Origin: Spirochaetia bacterium
GTDB taxonomy: Bacteria > Spirochaetota > Spirochaetia > SZUA-6 > Bin103
Direction of reading: 5' to 3'
Length of the DNA stretch: 64,000 bases
Assembly (NCBI GenBank): GCA_965203515.1
Contig: OZ241907.1
Coordinates: forward strand, 960,001 to 1,024,000
In this document: positions 60,657-64,000 of the stretch, one piece after another
Layout of the letters: each line of letters starts with the position of its first letter
Position numbering within the stretch: position 1 is the first letter of the stretch
The notes under the pieces: generated by a model
The model's database searches: none
The model's input: the letters and a program-made list of their open reading frames with translations, nothing else
Told to the model about the DNA's origin: nothing
Position numbers and translations under genes: made by a program

Positions 60657-62183
60657 TCAACCCCCCGGACCGCGCAGACCGCGGCACAACCCCAACCCGG
60701 TAAAGCGGCCGGCACCGAGCAATACCGGGCCTTCGGTCACGTCGCCGAAGTCGATGACGGCGTGCACCAGCGCCCGGCTGGCAAGCTGCTCCGGGACGTT
60801 CCAGCGCATCCACGGCGGCTCCCCGGACGACGGCCGCGACGGCGGCGCGCCTTCTATCGCAGAGTGCTTGCCTACCTGAATCCGGTTGAGATCCGGGCGG
60901 GGCAGCCCGGTGTTCTCGCACGCACGCGCCACCAGATCGCGGACCTCGGTATCGTCGCGGCGTTTGAGATGACGATCCAGCACGATCGGGGTTACGCTGG
61001 CCCACACTCGCGCCGGCCGCACGTAGGGATCAGGGGAGAGGGAGCGTTTGGTTTCCGTCCCGACGGGCGCCAGCCGCAACGGTGCGCGGAGCGGCGCTCC
61101 TTTCAGTTCCAGCACCCGCCGCTCCTCACCCGGGTCGTACCGCGCGATCGTCTCGAAGGCCGCCCGGAATCCGGGAATATCGGGCAGTCTGGTTTGCGGC
61201 GGGGGCACCAGGGCAAAGCCGAACACCCGTCCATCCGCATGCGGGAAGCCGGTGAACGCCAGCGGCACGATCGCAAGGTGAGGGTAGCGGGTGGGTGCTC
61301 GATCCGGCGTGTGCCCGGAGACGACCTCCGGGATACGATGCGCCAAGTCGATACGCCGGTACCCGCTCATCAGCGCCCGTCGCAGGGCTCGGCAGACCAA
61401 CGCCGCGGCGCGGATGTCGGGAACGGTTCCGGAAATCGCCTCAAGTACGAGCCAACCGGGCGGCTGAGGGTCCGCAGCCGGTTCCGGGGCGGGCGGAACA
61501 ACCGCCGCTCCGGGGGAGATCACCGGCCGTATTGGGTTGGTGCGGTACGCGCGCTCCAGTTCTTCCAGGCGGCCGGGATAGATATGCCGTCGGGCCGGGG
61601 CCGCGGCGTGTTCCTGCGCCGTGCCGTTTCCATAGGCGAATCGGCAGCGAACCAGGCTGGCCGAATGACCGACGTAGCCGACGTCGCGCGCGATGTTGTC
61701 CAACGCGCGCACCATGGCAGGTTCCGGCGACTGATGCCACGCCAGCGTCATGAGCGGATCGTCGGGGCGAGCCACGGGAAACCGGCGCTCTTTCCGGGTC
61801 CGGGTCTCCGGGAGCACCGATTGTGCCGTCACCCAATCCTTGAAGCCGCTCGCGGGCGGCCGAATACCGCGTGCCAAATAGTCGCGGAACCATTTCAACT
61901 GCCCGAGGTCCCGCGCCGGTGTCGCCGAATCGTTCGGCGGCACGAATACCTCCGGTGTGGTGCGTGCCGTGTGGCCACTGGCATGCACGTCCGGCGGCGA
62001 CTGCCGTTCGAGCCATTCGAGCGCCTGTCGCTCCTCGGCGCGTTCGCCGCGTGCAGCCCACGCGGAAACGAGCGCCGAGAACACCCGATCCGTCTGTGGC
62101 GGCCAATCCGGCGCCGTATTCGCCGGTCCGCGGGCGGCTCGACAGACGCCGGTCAGGAACTCGATCTCCAGGGCGAGGCTCAT
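60657..62183 (-). CDS. csb2: Type I-G Csb2 (Cas5/Cas6 fusion)
   Basis: DWPP...RVFSALV, ALEWLE, YVGHSASLV, WASVTPIVL, G-rich loop GPVLLGAGRFTGLGLC. Confidence 0.9.
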   Translation of the reverse strand: MSLALEIEFLTGVCRAARGPANTAPDWPPQTDRVFSALVSAWAARGERAEERQALEWLERQSPPDVHASGHTARTTPEVFVPPNDSATPARDLGQLKWFRDYLARGIRPPASGFKDWVTAQSVLPETRTRKERRFPVARPDDPLMTLAWHQSPEPAMVRALDNIARDVGYVGHSASLVRCRFAYGNGTAQEHAAAPARRHIYPGRLEELERAYRTNPIRPVISPGAAVVPPAPEPAADPQPPGWLVLEAISGTVPDIRAAALVCRALRRALMSGYRRIDLAHRIPEVVSGHTPDRAPTRYPHLAIVPLAFTGFPHADGRVFGFALVPPPQTRLPDIPGFRAAFETIARYDPGEERRVLELKGAPLRAPLRLAPVGTETKRSLSPDPYVRPARVWASVTPIVLDRHLKRRDDTEVRDLVARACENTGLPRPDLNRIQVGKHSAIEGAPPSRPSSGEPPWMRWNVPEQLASRALVHAVIDFGDVTEGPVLLGAGRFTGLGLCRGLRGPGG

Positions 62184-63397
62184 TCTTCTTCGTCGCGACC
62201 CGCGCCTTCGAGCGCCAGCTCGCGGCTGCGCCGAACGATTTCGACCAGCTTGGGCTGTGGAGTCAGCGTGAGCGACCGGAAGCCAAAGCCGGCCTTCTCG
62301 GCATTCCGGTACGATTCGAGATACAGCTCCCGCGCCTCCGCCCGGTCCAACTCGATCGTCTCCGTGGTACCGTCGGCGTGCACTACCTCCAACGGGGCGG
62401 CTCCATCGCACACAAGGTCGCAACGGGAACGCAACGCGTAACCGTACGCATCCTGTTCGCAGAGCGCTACCAGACCGAGCGCGGCGAGCAGCGCCCGCCC
62501 GGCGGTATCGCGAGTGCCACCGCCGAACCGCAACCGTCTCAGCCCGGCCAGCGTGATCACTGCCCGGTGCTCGGCATAGGCACAGGTCACGCCAAGAGGC
62601 TGAATGGAAGGTGCGATATTGCTGTGATTGATCTCGGAAGGGCGGACCTTCTTGGCGCCTTTGCCGGCACCGCCTTGTTCCGTACTCCAGCCTGCTGGTC
62701 CCTTGAACACTTCGACTTTGCGGAGAACGCCTAGCGGATCGATGCGGCTGCCGGTACGCCGGCCAGCGTTCCGAGGCTCCGTTGTCCGGGCTTGTGGGTC
62801 CATTTCGACTTCTACCGGAGTGTCCACCCCGATGATCTCCGAGACGAGCGCACGCGGGAACTTGGCGCCAAGTCCGCCTCCTTCACCCTGGCTGTGCCAT
62901 GCGCCGAAGATCAGCGCCGTCGGGGACAGCTCGAGCAATGCGGTCGCGTCAGCCGGCTTCGCCGCGGCGAGGCGGCGGCCCTGCTCGCTCTGCATGAACG
63001 GTACACCGTCCAGGAAGCTGTCACGCAGAATCGCGTCGTACACGCGGTGCGGCGCCTCCAGTGAGGTGATCCGCTCCAGCGGATGCAGGCCGGCATCGCT
63101 GAAGTCCACGGTGACGTACGGCAGAGGCAGTGCGTCTCCGTCAGTGGCGGCACTCAGCAGCGCCTCTTCGAGTCGATTTGCCTGGCTCTGGACACTGTCG
63201 ATCAGAACGCACCACACGTCCTTGCCATCGTTCCGCCGACGTTCGAACACGTGGCGCGGTGGGTCTCTGTGCTGTTCACCGGGATAGGTTGGCGGAAAGA
63301 TCTTGTCGCCGACGCCGCCAGCGGGCTGCAGACGCCGGATCCGGCGGATGGCAGCATGGCTGGAGATGGCGTCATTCAGTATCGAGATGGAACTCAT
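62180..63397 (-). CDS. cas7: Type I-G Cas7 (Csb1)
   Basis: LQPAGG...KIFPPTY, LIDSVQSQANRLE, PHRVYDAILRD, PTALIFGAWHS, LRSRCDL; RBS AGGAG. Confidence 0.95.
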   Translation of the reverse strand: MSSISILNDAISSHAAIRRIRRLQPAGGVGDKIFPPTYPGEQHRDPPRHVFERRRNDGKDVWCVLIDSVQSQANRLEEALLSAATDGDALPLPYVTVDFSDAGLHPLERITSLEAPHRVYDAILRDSFLDGVPFMQSEQGRRLAAAKPADATALLELSPTALIFGAWHSQGEGGGLGAKFPRALVSEIIGVDTPVEVEMDPQARTTEPRNAGRRTGSRIDPLGVLRKVEVFKGPAGWSTEQGGAGKGAKKVRPSEINHSNIAPSIQPLGVTCAYAEHRAVITLAGLRRLRFGGGTRDTAGRALLAALGLVALCEQDAYGYALRSRCDLVCDGAAPLEVVHADGTTETIELDRAEARELYLESYRNAEKAGFGFRSLTLTPQPKLVEIVRRSRELALEGAGRDEEE

Positions 63398-63399
63398 AG

Positions 63400-63600
63400 T
63401 CACTCCTGTCTTTGGTCTTCGATCTGAAGATCGTCGTCATCCCGTGGGGATGGGTCGTCGAATCCGAACGTGTCGTGTATTTCATGATACTCTCCACGAA
63501 ACCATGACGTCAACTCTGAACGCCCCGAAGGGTAGTTACGTATTTCCTTTCGACCGCTTATGATACGCATCTTACGTTCACGATGAATGCGCTTGGTCAT
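63400..63600 (-). CDS. Small unknown 66-aa protein, first gene of the cas operon
   Basis: GGAGG 8 nt before ATG 63600; stop 2 nt before the cas7 ATG, and the ORF end contains the cas7 RBS; basic N-half, acidic C-half. Confidence 0.6.
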   Translation of the reverse strand: MTKRIHRERKMRIISGRKEIRNYPSGRSELTSWFRGEYHEIHDTFGFDDPSPRDDDDLQIEDQRQE

Positions 63601-63627
63601 CTGCTGTGCCTCCAAATGGATGATTTT

Positions 63628-63647
63628 GCTCTGCAAGGATACTCGAA
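63628..63647 (-). promoter_or_regulatory. Self-target (protospacer plus TTC PAM) of the mini-array spacer
   Basis: Minus strand TTC-GAGTATCCTTGCAGAGC versus spacer GAGTACCCTTGCAGAGC. Confidence 0.85.
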
Positions 63648-63674
63648 AATACAAGGAGACGAGGCCGGAGTCAA
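63646..63674 (-). promoter_or_regulatory. Sigma70 promoter for the small ORF-cas operon
   Basis: TTGACT (63674-63669)-N17-TATTTT (63651-63646). Confidence 0.7.
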
Positions 63675-63770
63675 GTGTGGACTCCGGAAAGGAACGGCCG
63701 TCTCGGCCGCTCTGCAAGGGTACTCCCTTTAATCAGGCCCCAGCCCCGATCATGGTGGAGCCGGGGGGCC
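63661..63770 (-). CRISPR. One-spacer mini-array with two degenerate type I-G repeats (CreR/CreA-like crRNA)
   Basis: Repeat 1 (63770-63726) is a hairpin ending GGCCTG-ATTAAAGG (compare I-G ...GGCCTC-ATTGAAGC); spacer about 35 nt (63725-63691); repeat 2 (63690-63661) is TTTCCGGAGTC-CACACTT-GACTCCGGCCTC. Confidence 0.8.
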
Positions 63771-63774
63771 TCCC

Positions 63775-63803
63775 AAGATACTGCCTCAAGTCAGCGGTGA
63801 CAA
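63775..63803 (-). promoter_or_regulatory. Dedicated sigma70 promoter of the mini-array
   Basis: TTGTCA (63803-63798)-N17-TATCTT (63780-63775), directly upstream of repeat 1. Confidence 0.7.
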
Positions 63804-64000
63804 CCTTCGTGCATCGCTGCTGCATCGAGGGGCCTGCTGAGAAGCCGGTCTTCGCGCTCAAGCTCTGATCCTGCGAGCGGCGCGGCCGGGCGATCCTCCA
63901 TCGAGCCTGCTCGTGCTCGCCGCGGATCGGGCCGCGGCGCAGTGATGTGTCGCTGTGGTGTCAAGCACGCTTGCTCAAGGTCGCCGTCCGGTGCAGCCGA

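Noticed and set aside
63400..63717. 105-aa version of the ORF upstream of cas7
   Set aside because: The extension overlaps the mini-array and promoter; the ATG at 63600 has the RBS.
63919..63948. GCCGCGG-N6-CCGCGGC hairpin followed by AGTGATGT, faintly like an I-G repeat
   Set aside because: Solitary, opposite in orientation to the mini-array, poor handle match, and such hairpins are common at this GC content.

Overview
High-GC bacterial DNA. The gene mix (RM/TA systems, PhyH and sialidase paralogs, a solute-binding protein starting ...AAAFGAAESEAAAG) suggests a host-associated organism such as a sponge-associated spirochaete, but that is inference only. (1) 0.4-15.8 kb is a defence island: an OLD-like ATPase-TOPRIM gene, then a type I R-M operon (hsdM...hsdS...hsdR) carrying cargo (ietAS, HEPN, an MNT fused in frame to HsdS, DUF1828, AAA_14, orphan hicB, orphan ABC-3C middle component). 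(2) 15.8-51.5 kb is mostly catabolic and transport genes, interrupted by an ATPase+nuclease pair between mtnN and apt, a dehydrogenase-nuclease fusion, an HNH gene and several gene remnants. (3) 51.5-64 kb holds a RelE-like/UvrD/TPR (TRANK1-like) giant protein, higBA, and a type I-G CRISPR-Cas interference operon (cas7-csb2-cas3-csb3) with no cas1/2/4 or long array in the window. The top finding lies upstream of cas7: a one-spacer mini-array of degenerate I-G repeats with its own promoter. Its spacer matches 16/17 nt (mismatch at position 6, TTC PAM) across the -10/start site of the promoter driving a small unknown ORF plus the cas operon. This reads as a CreR/CreA-like RNA-guided repression circuit. 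All family calls come from motif recognition; no database searches were run.
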